From: Candidatus Heimdallarchaeota archaeon
Lineage (GTDB): Archaea; Asgardarchaeota; Heimdallarchaeia; Heimdallarchaeales; Heimdallarchaeaceae
DNA length: 32,000 nt
Reading direction: 5' to 3'
Assembly (NCBI GenBank): GCA_030668875.1
Contig: DAOVER010000001.1
Location: forward strand, 60,001-92,000
Part shown: positions 23,794 to 32,000 of the stretch, piece by piece
Numbering within the stretch: the first letter of the stretch is position 1
How the letters are laid out: each line of letters opens with the position of its first letter
Program-made: the position numbers and the translations under genes
The notes under the pieces: generated by a model
Seen by the model: the letters and a program-made list of their open reading frames with translations, nothing else
What the model was told of the DNA's origin: nothing
The model's database searches: none

Positions 23794-26742
23794 ATGGCAA
23801 GCTCGAAAAAGAGAGAAAAGGATGAAAACAAGTCAACAAAAAAAACTAAACAAAAAAAATCTTTTCTTGATATGGTGTATATAAAATTACTCCGTGATCC
23901 TTCAACTAACTTAATTGTTGTTATTGTATCTATTGTCTTTATCATTTGGATGGTAGTTCCATTAGTCCTAGTTTTATCAGGTGGGGTCTACTTTAATGGT
24001 ATATGGTCTACTCAACCGATCAATACTGTGTTTACCGATGAAGTTCATTTCAATTTCCCTGGGGATACTACAACACATCTGTGGCAAATGGGAGTGCAGC
24101 AAATCGGGGGCCCATCAGTATCTGTAATTGTTCGAGATGACATTGCATTTGTTGCTGAAAGAGGAGAGGGTATTGAAATCCTTAATGTTACGGACCCAGA
24201 ATCACTCACGGAAATTATTGATTATTATGATAACGAGAGTTATTTCATGGATATGGAAATACGAGGTGATTATCTTTATACAGCAGCTGGTGAAAATGGA
24301 CTAACCATTTTTGACATTTCAGATGTATACAATACCTTTTTACCTGTAAGTTTCCTTCCTGGTTTGACTAATTATTCAAATTTCGTAACATTAGATAATA
24401 ACCTTATATACCTTGATAATAATAAAAAAGGATTTTCCATAATTGATGTTTCAGATGTCACTAATCCAGAAGTACTATCAAATATAACTATTGAAAGCGG
24501 TTCAGAAGACCTAGCTATCTTAGGAGATTATGCCTATATAGTTGGATCTGATGTTGCACTAGTTGTATATGATGTGAGTAATTCAAATAACCCAATCTTA
24601 GTGAATTCTTTTGATTATGAGATTAGTAATAGATCCATTACTACCAAAGCTATAGACATTGTAGGAAATTCGGCTTATGTTGCACTTGGGCTTTCTGGTT
24701 TGGCGATTTTTGATATTTCTGATCCGCTAAATATTTCTTTGTTAGGTTACAAATCTGACATAAAATCCGTTGGTGTTGATGTTGTAGGTGATTATAGTTA
24801 TGTAACTGTTCATGATGTTAGTGTTGATGATTATGGACTTACAATATTAGATACTTCTAACTTTTCAGATATCTCTGAAATAAGTTATTACAACACTACA
24901 CTTCTTATGACAGAAGATATTTTCATCGATGAAATATCAAACAGGATTTACCTTGCGCAAGGTAAAGGTGGAATCCATGTTATAGATGGTTCAAACATTC
25001 TAGCTTTAAGTTTTATGGGTGATTATAAGGATACAACAGATGTGAATGTCTTGCTCCTTAGTGGAGTAAATAGAGGCGTTGTAGTAAACACTATAATACT
25101 AGGATTATCAACAACTCTTTTCTCTGTAATATTAGGTACAGCATTGGCTTTTATCTTAGCAAGATTTGAGTTTCCTGGTAAAAGATTGGTTAGTATATTG
25201 GCACTAGCTCCTCTTATTATACCGCCGTTTATTTCTGGTATGGGATTCCGTCTAATTCTTGGTCCAAATGGTTTTTTAAACAATTTCTTCTTGGTTCCAA
25301 ATTTTGAATTCAAAATTATATTTGAAGGTTTCGTAGCAATTACCCTTGTTCAAACATCACATTTCTATGCTTTAGTTTATCTCAATGCATTTTCTTCCTT
25401 TATCAATATTGACCCAACAATGGAGGAGTCGGCAGAAAATTTGGGTGCTAGTAGTTTCAGATTGTTTAGCACTATAACACTCCCTCTTGCAATGCCCGGA
25501 ATTGGAGCAGGAGCAATATTAGTTTTAATCCTCTCAATGGAAGACGTTGGAACACCGATAATTTTTGCAGGTATGGGAGATCCTGCTGCAAAAAATTATC
25601 TGACGTATTATATTTTTGAAAACTATGCTAGAGCTGCGACGGTGGAAGTCACGCCTGAAGTGTGTGTTTTAGGTGGTATTTTGCTAATCATGGCAATCAT
25701 TGGATTTTTTGTGATTAGAAAGTATATCTCTCTCCGGAAATATTCTATGGTATCAAAAGGTCGAGCTGGACAATACCGTATGGCAAAAGCAGGATGGAAA
25801 TTGTTATTCATCTATCCATTCCTTATACTATTATTCGCATATTCGCTCATGGTGCATATAGGAGTGATTCTTATGTCTCTAATGACAACTCTGGGTGCTG
25901 GAAGCCCGAGTGAGATAAAATTCACGCTTGAAAATTATAGATTAATTTTCGTTTCTTCAGCCTACGATATACCGCCGTATTTGGTTAATACTTTATTATA
26001 TAGTGTAATCGCTACATTGCTGATAGTTGTTCTAGGTTCATTAGCAGCTTATGTAATAAGTAGAAAAGATTTCAGGGGTAAGCAACTTCTAGATGCTCTA
26101 GTAACTTTACCTATAGCTATCCCGGGGATCGTACTAGCGATTGGTTATTACAGAGCTTTTGATTGGAGTGGAATAGCTGCTGGTTACCCTCCCGAAACTC
26201 CAATAACTTCCTTTATGGGTTATTACCAAGCCTTTGATTGGAGTGCTATCCCTAGTATAGCAGTTACCAAATGGTTCGCGGAATCAATGGCATGGATGAC
26301 GGCATCTCTTCGTTTAGATCCATTTATCGGAGTAGCTGTTACCTTACTTATACTGAGCTATACCGTTAGAAAATTCCCATTTACAGTACGATCAGCTTAT
26401 GCAGGATTGCAACAAATGGACGTGGTCTTAGAGGAAGCAGCTTTTAATCTTGGAGCTAGTAGAGCAAAAACTTTCACAAGTATTACTATACCATTAATCT
26501 CCCTAAATGTTTTTGCTGGATCTCTTGTATCATTCCTCTATTGTTTATCTGAAGTATCAACAACAATATTCTTGATATTTCAGGCAAATGCTGGAACATT
26601 AACATGGTACATGGCATGGAATCCTTTGAAATTCCAGATATTTTGTGCATTAGGTGTTATATTGATGTTCTTGCAGATTGTAAGTCTATTCATAACCAAT
26701 ATTATCTTGGGATCAAGAGCAGAAGCTATAACTGGTATCTAA
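23794..26742 (+). CDS. ABC transporter permease (FbpB/ThiP-like, two fused TM modules) with an inserted LVIVD-repeat beta-propeller
   Basis: NTIILG..LAFILARFEFPGK..PLIIPPF, two EAA loops (EESAENLGAS and EEAAFNLGAS), and seven LVIVD repeats at about 24106-25035. Confidence 0.9.
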   Translation: MASSKKREKDENKSTKKTKQKKSFLDMVYIKLLRDPSTNLIVVIVSIVFIIWMVVPLVLVLSGGVYFNGIWSTQPINTVFTDEVHFNFPGDTTTHLWQMGVQQIGGPSVSVIVRDDIAFVAERGEGIEILNVTDPESLTEIIDYYDNESYFMDMEIRGDYLYTAAGENGLTIFDISDVYNTFLPVSFLPGLTNYSNFVTLDNNLIYLDNNKKGFSIIDVSDVTNPEVLSNITIESGSEDLAILGDYAYIVGSDVALVVYDVSNSNNPILVNSFDYEISNRSITTKAIDIVGNSAYVALGLSGLAIFDISDPLNISLLGYKSDIKSVGVDVVGDYSYVTVHDVSVDDYGLTILDTSNFSDISEISYYNTTLLMTEDIFIDEISNRIYLAQGKGGIHVIDGSNILALSFMGDYKDTTDVNVLLLSGVNRGVVVNTIILGLSTTLFSVILGTALAFILARFEFPGKRLVSILALAPLIIPPFISGMGFRLILGPNGFLNNFFLVPNFEFKIIFEGFVAITLVQTSHFYALVYLNAFSSFINIDPTMEESAENLGASSFRLFSTITLPLAMPGIGAGAILVLILSMEDVGTPIIFAGMGDPAAKNYLTYYIFENYARAATVEVTPEVCVLGGILLIMAIIGFFVIRKYISLRKYSMVSKGRAGQYRMAKAGWKLLFIYPFLILLFAYSLMVHIGVILMSLMTTLGAGSPSEIKFTLENYRLIFVSSAYDIPPYLVNTLLYSVIATLLIVVLGSLAAYVISRKDFRGKQLLDALVTLPIAIPGIVLAIGYYRAFDWSGIAAGYPPETPITSFMGYYQAFDWSAIPSIAVTKWFAESMAWMTASLRLDPFIGVAVTLLILSYTVRKFPFTVRSAYAGLQQMDVVLEEAAFNLGASRAKTFTSITIPLISLNVFAGSLVSFLYCLSEVSTTIFLIFQANAGTLTWYMAWNPLKFQIFCALGVILMFLQIVSLFITNIILGSRAEAITGI
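24106..25035 (+). repeat. Seven protein-level LVIVD repeats
   Basis: GIEILNVTDP, GLTIFDISD, GFSIIDVSDVTNP, LVVYDVSNSNNP, GLAIFDISDP, GLTILDTSN and GIHVIDGSN, each preceded by a (Y/A)(A/L/I)Y-like strand. Confidence 0.85.
26143..26250 (+). repeat. In-frame imperfect direct repeat (33 nt, period 75 nt) inside the permease
   Basis: GGTTATTACAGAGCTTTTGATTGGAGTGGAATA (26143-26175) versus GGTTATTACCAAGCCTTTGATTGGAGTGCTATC (26218-26250), 27/33 identical. Confidence 0.8.
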
Positions 26743-26765
26743 TATCAGTTCTTCCCTTCCTTTTT

Positions 26766-28370
26766 TTATTGAAAATGGATTTTTCTTTGTTCGTAACCCA
26801 ATTTTCCTCCATTTTCATCTTGGAAGATAAATTCAACTAAAGTTTTCCCTAGAAAATTTGTTGCTGGAATTTCTATCATAATAGGATCATGGGAATTTCT
26901 TTCAAGCAATAACGGGTAGAGATGGCTAGTATAGATTCCGCCACGAACAAAAGATATCCTAAGTGTTCCAGTAACATCCTCATCTCCTCTATTATACATA
27001 TGAACAGGAATATTGAAAGGTTTGTGAACAGGGGCTGTCTCTGGAGCTGTTACTCTAATGTCGATATTATGAACCTGTTGCTCTAGGTCAAGACTTGGTA
27101 TGGAATGTTTCCAGGATATATCCTCGAAAAGTGTACCCTTTGTTCCTAGCTCAAATTCTGTAGGTATTTCTTTCATCTTTTTCATTATTCTTCCTTTATC
27201 ACTTTGAATGTCAATGAAAGTGTGTAATGTTATCTTGTTGTTTTGAATATCATCATAGAAGTAACGAATCTGTCTAATTGGAGAATCTCCCATCGTATTG
27301 CCACGTTGTAAAATTATACATCCAGGATTTCGCAGTAAATATCTCGTATCTTCTTGTAAAGTAGGATCAATTGGGATCCATATGCCATTTGCAAAAAACT
27401 CAGCTTGTGAATGATGTTGCCATTCTCCATTTTCGCTTTGTATTGTACTAGTAGTAAGTCTTGCAGGTACATTAGCGGCTCTACAAAGGCTTACAAACAG
27501 TGAGGCAAATTCAGTACAATCTCCATATCTATTTTCTAGAGCATAAAGCGCTCCAAAATCACCACTTTGAGGAAGGAATTGAATATTCTCTCTTAGGAAT
27601 TTTAAGAACGATAGAACCTTACTTAATGCTGAAAAACTACTCACTTTTTGAGCTATGCGAATGATTTTTCTATTTGAAGAATCAATAAATGGTTCATCTT
27701 GTGTATATTTTTGAAAAGTTTCAGGATAAAGATTTTCTATATCCTTTTCCTCTGACTTTATTCTTGTAACATCATAGGAAACCAATCTAGTAATAATAAG
27801 CGCACGATATGCGATAGTTATTTTTTCATTAGGGTCGAGTTGTGCAAAGTAAAATCTCATCCATCTGTTTCCTTCTTTATCTGCAATTAATTTACTAGGT
27901 CGAAAGTTACACTCAATTTTTGTAACTTGTTGAATGGGCGAGATATTAGGGGGTATCATAATATCTATGGTAAAATCATTGATGGGATTATTATTTGGAT
28001 TTATTATCTTGACACCATATGTAAATATCCATCGATGCATTAACTGTTTCTTCGTTTTAATATTTACCTTTGCTATTCGTTTAAAATCTCCATCTAACTG
28101 CAGGATATAGGTACCAGAAAAAAGATCGGGTGTTATCGGAAAACGATAAATGTGACGGAGACCTGTTTCATCTAACCGAAGCTGATCTGAATCAATAATT
28201 GTTCCCACGGGGGAAATAAACAATATATGTAGTCTGAGTTTTTGATTTGACTGTACAAAGGGAATTTGTTCTTCTTCACCTGCAATTAATATACTATCCC
28301 CTACCTCAAGAACTGTTTGTGGAGTAAGTATACGTGATTTGCTATGCCTTACATGAAATATCTCGATCAT
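26766..28370 (-). CDS. Transglutaminase-like (papain-fold Cys-His-Asp) domain protein
   Basis: GDCTEFASLFVSLCRAANVPAR, HHSQAEF and WIPIDPT. No signal peptide. Confidence 0.88.
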   Translation of the reverse strand: MIEIFHVRHSKSRILTPQTVLEVGDSILIAGEEEQIPFVQSNQKLRLHILFISPVGTIIDSDQLRLDETGLRHIYRFPITPDLFSGTYILQLDGDFKRIAKVNIKTKKQLMHRWIFTYGVKIINPNNNPINDFTIDIMIPPNISPIQQVTKIECNFRPSKLIADKEGNRWMRFYFAQLDPNEKITIAYRALIITRLVSYDVTRIKSEEKDIENLYPETFQKYTQDEPFIDSSNRKIIRIAQKVSSFSALSKVLSFLKFLRENIQFLPQSGDFGALYALENRYGDCTEFASLFVSLCRAANVPARLTTSTIQSENGEWQHHSQAEFFANGIWIPIDPTLQEDTRYLLRNPGCIILQRGNTMGDSPIRQIRYFYDDIQNNKITLHTFIDIQSDKGRIMKKMKEIPTEFELGTKGTLFEDISWKHSIPSLDLEQQVHNIDIRVTAPETAPVHKPFNIPVHMYNRGDEDVTGTLRISFVRGGIYTSHLYPLLLERNSHDPIMIEIPATNFLGKTLVEFIFQDENGGKLGYEQRKIHFQ

Positions 28371-28627
28371 TTATGAATCACTAGCGCTTGTGTAAATATT
28401 GCTTAAATCAGATAAATGTCAATTGCTGGTAAGGACAACAGCGTTGAAATTTTTTTTAAATATACGTAATATTGTCGGAGTGTCAAAATCAACCTATCTA
28501 ATTGGAATAAAAATTCATTCTAATAATTGAAATACTAAAAAATTCTCCCAAATAACTTAAAAATAGCTTTTTTGTCGGGAAGTTATTTCCCTTAAAAATA
28601 AGGCAAAACATTAAAATAGTAGATGAC

Positions 28628-28659
28628 TTTTATATTACGTGCACAAATATGTGCGGTGA
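28628..28659 (+). promoter_or_regulatory. TATA box (TTTTATAT), palindrome (GCACA-N4-TGTGC) and GGTGA RBS
   Basis: TATA at 28628-28635, inverted repeat at 28641-28654, GGTGA at 28655-28659, ATG at 28665. Confidence 0.4.
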
Positions 28660-28664
28660 AATAA

Positions 28665-29681
28665 ATGAACAGAAAATATATTTTCGCATTAATTCTAATT
28701 GTGGGAATGGTTGCTGGCATAATGCCAACTAATGCCTATACTACCTCCATTACAGTGACCGGTGCAACTTTTGCATTCGACATTTCACATGGCGGGTATC
28801 ATACATCAATGGATGACCTCGGACCCATAATGGACAATTTGACAGCAGCAGGTAACACTGTGCTTCTCATTAATGAGACATGGGAACTACCTGATGAAGT
28901 AGACGCATTATTCTTAACTCAAGCTGATGATGAATTTTCAGCAGCCGAAAAAGCTGACATCAAGGCATGGTTAGGAATTGGAGACAAATTACTTATTGCC
29001 ACTGGAGATTCTGATTATGGTGGTTATTTTAGTCCTGCTCCAATAAACAATGTTCTCGACTACATTGGTGCAATGCTCAGATTAGATGCAACATCCATCG
29101 AAGATCCCGAATTTAATGATGGTTCTGCTTACAGAGTAGCAGCTCATGAAATCGGTTATGGAGACGTTCTGTATGATGATCTAGTTTACAACCTTACTGA
29201 AGGTATGGAAGCTGGTATGATTCTACATGGACCTTGTGCAATTCTAGCTTATGATGGAACCTATTACAAAGATCTACGTTTGGGTAAATCAGTCTTTCCA
29301 CTAAAATTAGAAGTACTTTTGACATATGGAAGAAATGCTACTTCAATTGATTCAGATGTAAGTGAAACTGATTTAGATCTATATGCAGGTGAAACAGGTT
29401 ACTTCCCAGCAGTTGTTTATGAATACTTAAGCGATCTTAACGACAGTCACCTTATAGTAGGTGGAGAAGCATTCTACACTCACTACAAGAACATGTATGA
29501 TCAAGCAACTGAAAACGGCGTTTACAACGGTGGTGTAACTTATGGACAAATGTTCGTAGACAATATCATTAACTTCTTTGTTAAAACACCTGTCGATGAT
29601 ACAGCATACGAGTTTGCATTTGCAGCCATCCCACTAGCAATAATAGGCGCAGTTTATGTCCTAATGAAAAAGAGAAAATAA
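28665..29681 (+). CDS. Secreted, C-terminally anchored protein with GIFT/GldG/DUF4350-like flavodoxin-type fold
   Basis: Signal peptide, FAFDISHG, LFLTQADDEFSAAEKADIKAWL..KLLIATGD, FVDNIINFF, and a TM helix plus KKRK. Confidence 0.7.
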   Translation: MNRKYIFALILIVGMVAGIMPTNAYTTSITVTGATFAFDISHGGYHTSMDDLGPIMDNLTAAGNTVLLINETWELPDEVDALFLTQADDEFSAAEKADIKAWLGIGDKLLIATGDSDYGGYFSPAPINNVLDYIGAMLRLDATSIEDPEFNDGSAYRVAAHEIGYGDVLYDDLVYNLTEGMEAGMILHGPCAILAYDGTYYKDLRLGKSVFPLKLEVLLTYGRNATSIDSDVSETDLDLYAGETGYFPAVVYEYLSDLNDSHLIVGGEAFYTHYKNMYDQATENGVYNGGVTYGQMFVDNIINFFVKTPVDDTAYEFAFAAIPLAIIGAVYVLMKKRK

Positions 29682-29710
29682 TCTCTCTTTCTTTTTTCCT
29701 TTTTCTTTTT
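29682..29710 (+). terminator. Pyrimidine-tract terminator
   Basis: Continuous T/C tract directly after the stop codon. Confidence 0.65.
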
Positions 29711-29786
29711 ATTTTGATTTTGATTTTCAATCCTTCTTTGCTTTTCATAACAAATATATTAATAGAAGAATTAGCAATAATATTTC

Positions 29787-30200
29787 ATGATTAAAATCTG
29801 GGGTTATACTCCATCTGCTACTTTACCTTCTTCAAAAACATTGGGTGTCGATATAGACGAAGTAAAACAAGTATTTTCAGCATTACTATTTAAAGAGGGT
29901 GTAAAAGGAGTAGTTGTTCAAATTGAGCAGATTGGGAGCAATCCGAAGGCTATTATTCAGCTAGTGATTGACGACAATGTTGTTTTGACAACTCATTTTT
30001 CACCTAGAGAAGCAAAGGAATTTTGCTATGAAATAGATGAAACAGTGTATCCAAAAATAAAGATTGAAGTAGTTTTTAAAGTTGAACAAGGAACTATATC
30101 ATTACCTGTATCTGCAATTGGGAATGGTATGGGATTTCAAAAAATCGCTGATGACTATGTTCCCATGAATCATCTTGGTCTCGGTTTAATCATTCATTAA
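29787..30200 (+). CDS. Hypothetical protein (137 aa, beta-rich)
   Basis: ATG-started ORF filling the gap; no motif recognised. Confidence 0.65.
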   Translation: MIKIWGYTPSATLPSSKTLGVDIDEVKQVFSALLFKEGVKGVVVQIEQIGSNPKAIIQLVIDDNVVLTTHFSPREAKEFCYEIDETVYPKIKIEVVFKVEQGTISLPVSAIGNGMGFQKIADDYVPMNHLGLGLIIH

Positions 30201-30342
30201 TACTCTTTCTTGTTTCTGCTACTTCATAGAAATTTAGCTGTTTTTTAGAGGATTGATGGATAATCTTTTTAATCAACATAATATTACAAATAGTCGGATA
30301 CGTAGATACAATATGTATCAGCCAACACAAGGAGAAATTTGA

Positions 30343-31602
30343 ATGCTTGTTTCAGAAATTAAGGATGATGCGGATTATATAAAACGTGACCTTTCAAACA
30401 TGCTAAAATTTAGAGACAAGAAATCCATAACTGACTTGGATTTAAGAAACAAGCGAGTTTTAGTGCGTGTAGACTTCAATGTTCCTTTGGATGAACATGG
30501 TAATATAACTGATAGTCGAAGAATCAGATATACTCTACCAACAATTCATTACTTACTTAATGAAAACTGTCGTATTATACTTATAAGTCATTTAGGACGA
30601 CCTAAAGGCAAAGAGGATGAATCAATGCGAATGGTGAATATTTACAAGAGATTAAAAGAATACTGCCCCCTTTCAAATATTCATCTGGCAGATGATTGTA
30701 TTGGTTCAAATGTTGAAAAAATGGTGAAAAAGCTCAAACCTAGAGAAATGCTTCTTTTGGAAAATCCTCGTTTTCACCCAGAAGAAAAAGAAAATGATGA
30801 AGAATTTGCAAAAAAGCTAGCTAAATTAGCAGATGTGTATGTAACAGATGCTTTTGCAACAGCTCATAGAAAACACGCATCTACATATGGTGTTTGTAAT
30901 TATCTAGAGGAGAAAGGATATGGTTTCTTGCTTGAGAAAGAGATGAAATTTATCTCAAATTGTATTGCTAAACCTAAACGTCCTTTGACAGTTGTTCTTG
31001 GTGGAAAGAAGGTTGAAGACAAGCTCGATGTAATCAAGTATTTGATTGGAGTTGCTGATAATATCCTAATTGGAGGGGGAATGGCTTTTACATTCTTGTT
31101 AGCTAAGGGCTATGCAGTAGGGAAATCAATAAAAGATCTTTCAAAACTAGATGATGTTCGTCAATATATTAAAGAAGCAAAAGAAAGCTGTACCAGAATT
31201 TATCTCCCAAGAGATGTCATTGTGTGCGATGAATTGGATTATCCAACAAAAATCGAACAGGTTCCAATTACAGAAATACGTGAAAATCATGTGGGTGTTG
31301 ATATCGGTGAAGAAACAATAAAGGCATACAAAGATATACTAAGTGAATCAAAACAAGTAGTCTGGCAAGGACCATTAGGTGTTTTCGAGAAAGAAGAATT
31401 TGAGAATGGAACAAAAGAGATTGCTAGACACCTTATCGAAAATCATATCTATACAATTATTGGAGGTGGAGATTCAGCTGCTTCCTTTGAAAAATTTGGG
31501 TTTCAAGATGAAGTTTCTTTTATTAGTACTGGAGGAGGAGCAAGTTTAGAAGTAATGAAAGGTACTTTACTCCCTGCAGTTGAATGCCTGAGTGATAAAT
31601 AG
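30343..31602 (+). CDS. pgk: Phosphoglycerate kinase
   Basis: RVDFNVPL, SHLGRPKG, LLENPRF, DAFATAHR, GGGDS and STGGGASLE. AGGAGA RBS at 30330-30335. Confidence 0.97.
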   Translation: MLVSEIKDDADYIKRDLSNMLKFRDKKSITDLDLRNKRVLVRVDFNVPLDEHGNITDSRRIRYTLPTIHYLLNENCRIILISHLGRPKGKEDESMRMVNIYKRLKEYCPLSNIHLADDCIGSNVEKMVKKLKPREMLLLENPRFHPEEKENDEEFAKKLAKLADVYVTDAFATAHRKHASTYGVCNYLEEKGYGFLLEKEMKFISNCIAKPKRPLTVVLGGKKVEDKLDVIKYLIGVADNILIGGGMAFTFLLAKGYAVGKSIKDLSKLDDVRQYIKEAKESCTRIYLPRDVIVCDELDYPTKIEQVPITEIRENHVGVDIGEETIKAYKDILSESKQVVWQGPLGVFEKEEFENGTKEIARHLIENHIYTIIGGGDSAASFEKFGFQDEVSFISTGGGASLEVMKGTLLPAVECLSDK

Positions 31603-31607
31603 ATTCT

Positions 31608-32000
31608 TTAGATTAAGGACCCAATAATATATACAAGAGCAGATACGAATGCGCCAATTGCAACACTAAAGAGGTTAACTATATCATTCTGCATCCAGCG
31701 TATACCTGAATGGAAAGTTGTTCCTTCATTGCAGTGAGAGCCTTTTTCCGTTATTTTGCCACATATCTTACATTTGTTCATCTTTTGAATAGTACAAGCA
31801 AAAATACTGTCAGCATAAGCACCTAAGAATCCTCCAACAGTTACCGCAATCAGAAATAGTATTACAGAGGAAGGCATTACGACAAGGCTGTCCAGATGAC
31901 TAACACCAACTCCTATTCCTGCAATCACTGCAGCTGCAATTATTGATGAAAGTAAGCCTATAATTGATACAGCTCCTGGTGTACCACTATCTGCTTCTAC
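31608..32000 (-). CDS. DUF92/TMEM19-family membrane protein, C-terminal part (5'-truncated by the window edge)
   Basis: The frame is open to the edge: ADSGTPGAVSIIG...GGFLGAYADSIFACTIQ..KCKICGKITEK..HC...WMQNDIVNL. Confidence 0.85.
   Translation of the reverse strand, partial: VEADSGTPGAVSIIGLLSSIIAAAVIAGIGVGVSHLDSLVVMPSSVILFLIAVTVGGFLGAYADSIFACTIQKMNKCKICGKITEKGSHCNEGTTFHSGIRWMQNDIVNLFSVAIGAFVSALVYIIGSLI

Noticed and set aside
2637-26840. Other short (60-96 aa) ORFs in the track that overlap long genes
   Set aside because: All lie on the opposite strand or an alternate frame of well-supported CDSs and show no recognisable motifs.
28550-28588. Bulged hairpin AAATAACTT...AAGTTATTT in the divergent intergenic region
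   Set aside because: Almost entirely A/T pairs in an AT-rich context, so likely chance.
1-32000. CRISPR arrays, tRNA/rRNA genes, IS elements or integrases
   Set aside because: No spaced identical repeats, no GC-rich cloverleaf or rRNA-like segments, and no transposase or integrase motifs were seen.

Overview
AT-rich, gene-dense archaeal chromosomal window. It is most consistent with an Asgard (Heimdallarchaeia-like) genome, inferred from a Roadblock/LC7 protein, Cgi121, AMP phosphorylase, pyrimidine-tract terminators and several C-terminally anchored surface proteins. Housekeeping and metabolic genes include argS, thioredoxin, a PfkB kinase, cgi121, AMP phosphorylase, a GH57 alpha-galactosidase with galT, pgk and a DUF92 protein. 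The most notable element is a tightly coupled four-gene operon at 17177-21967. It encodes an SMC ATPase with Smc5/6-type motifs, a probable kleisin, an Nse1/Nse3-like KITE tandem winged-helix protein and a stand-alone RING-variant zinc finger, and so looks like a minimal archaeal Smc5/6-like complex with Nse1 split into two genes. Other unusual architectures are an ABC permease with a 7-repeat LVIVD beta-propeller inserted in its first loop, a membrane-anchored subtilisin laid out like eukaryotic site-1 protease, and a thioredoxin-fold/DICT-like fusion. A 50-aa zinc-ribbon gene missing from the ORF track is also present. No rRNA, tRNA, CRISPR array or mobile element was recognised. All family calls are by-eye motif recognition, not database searches.
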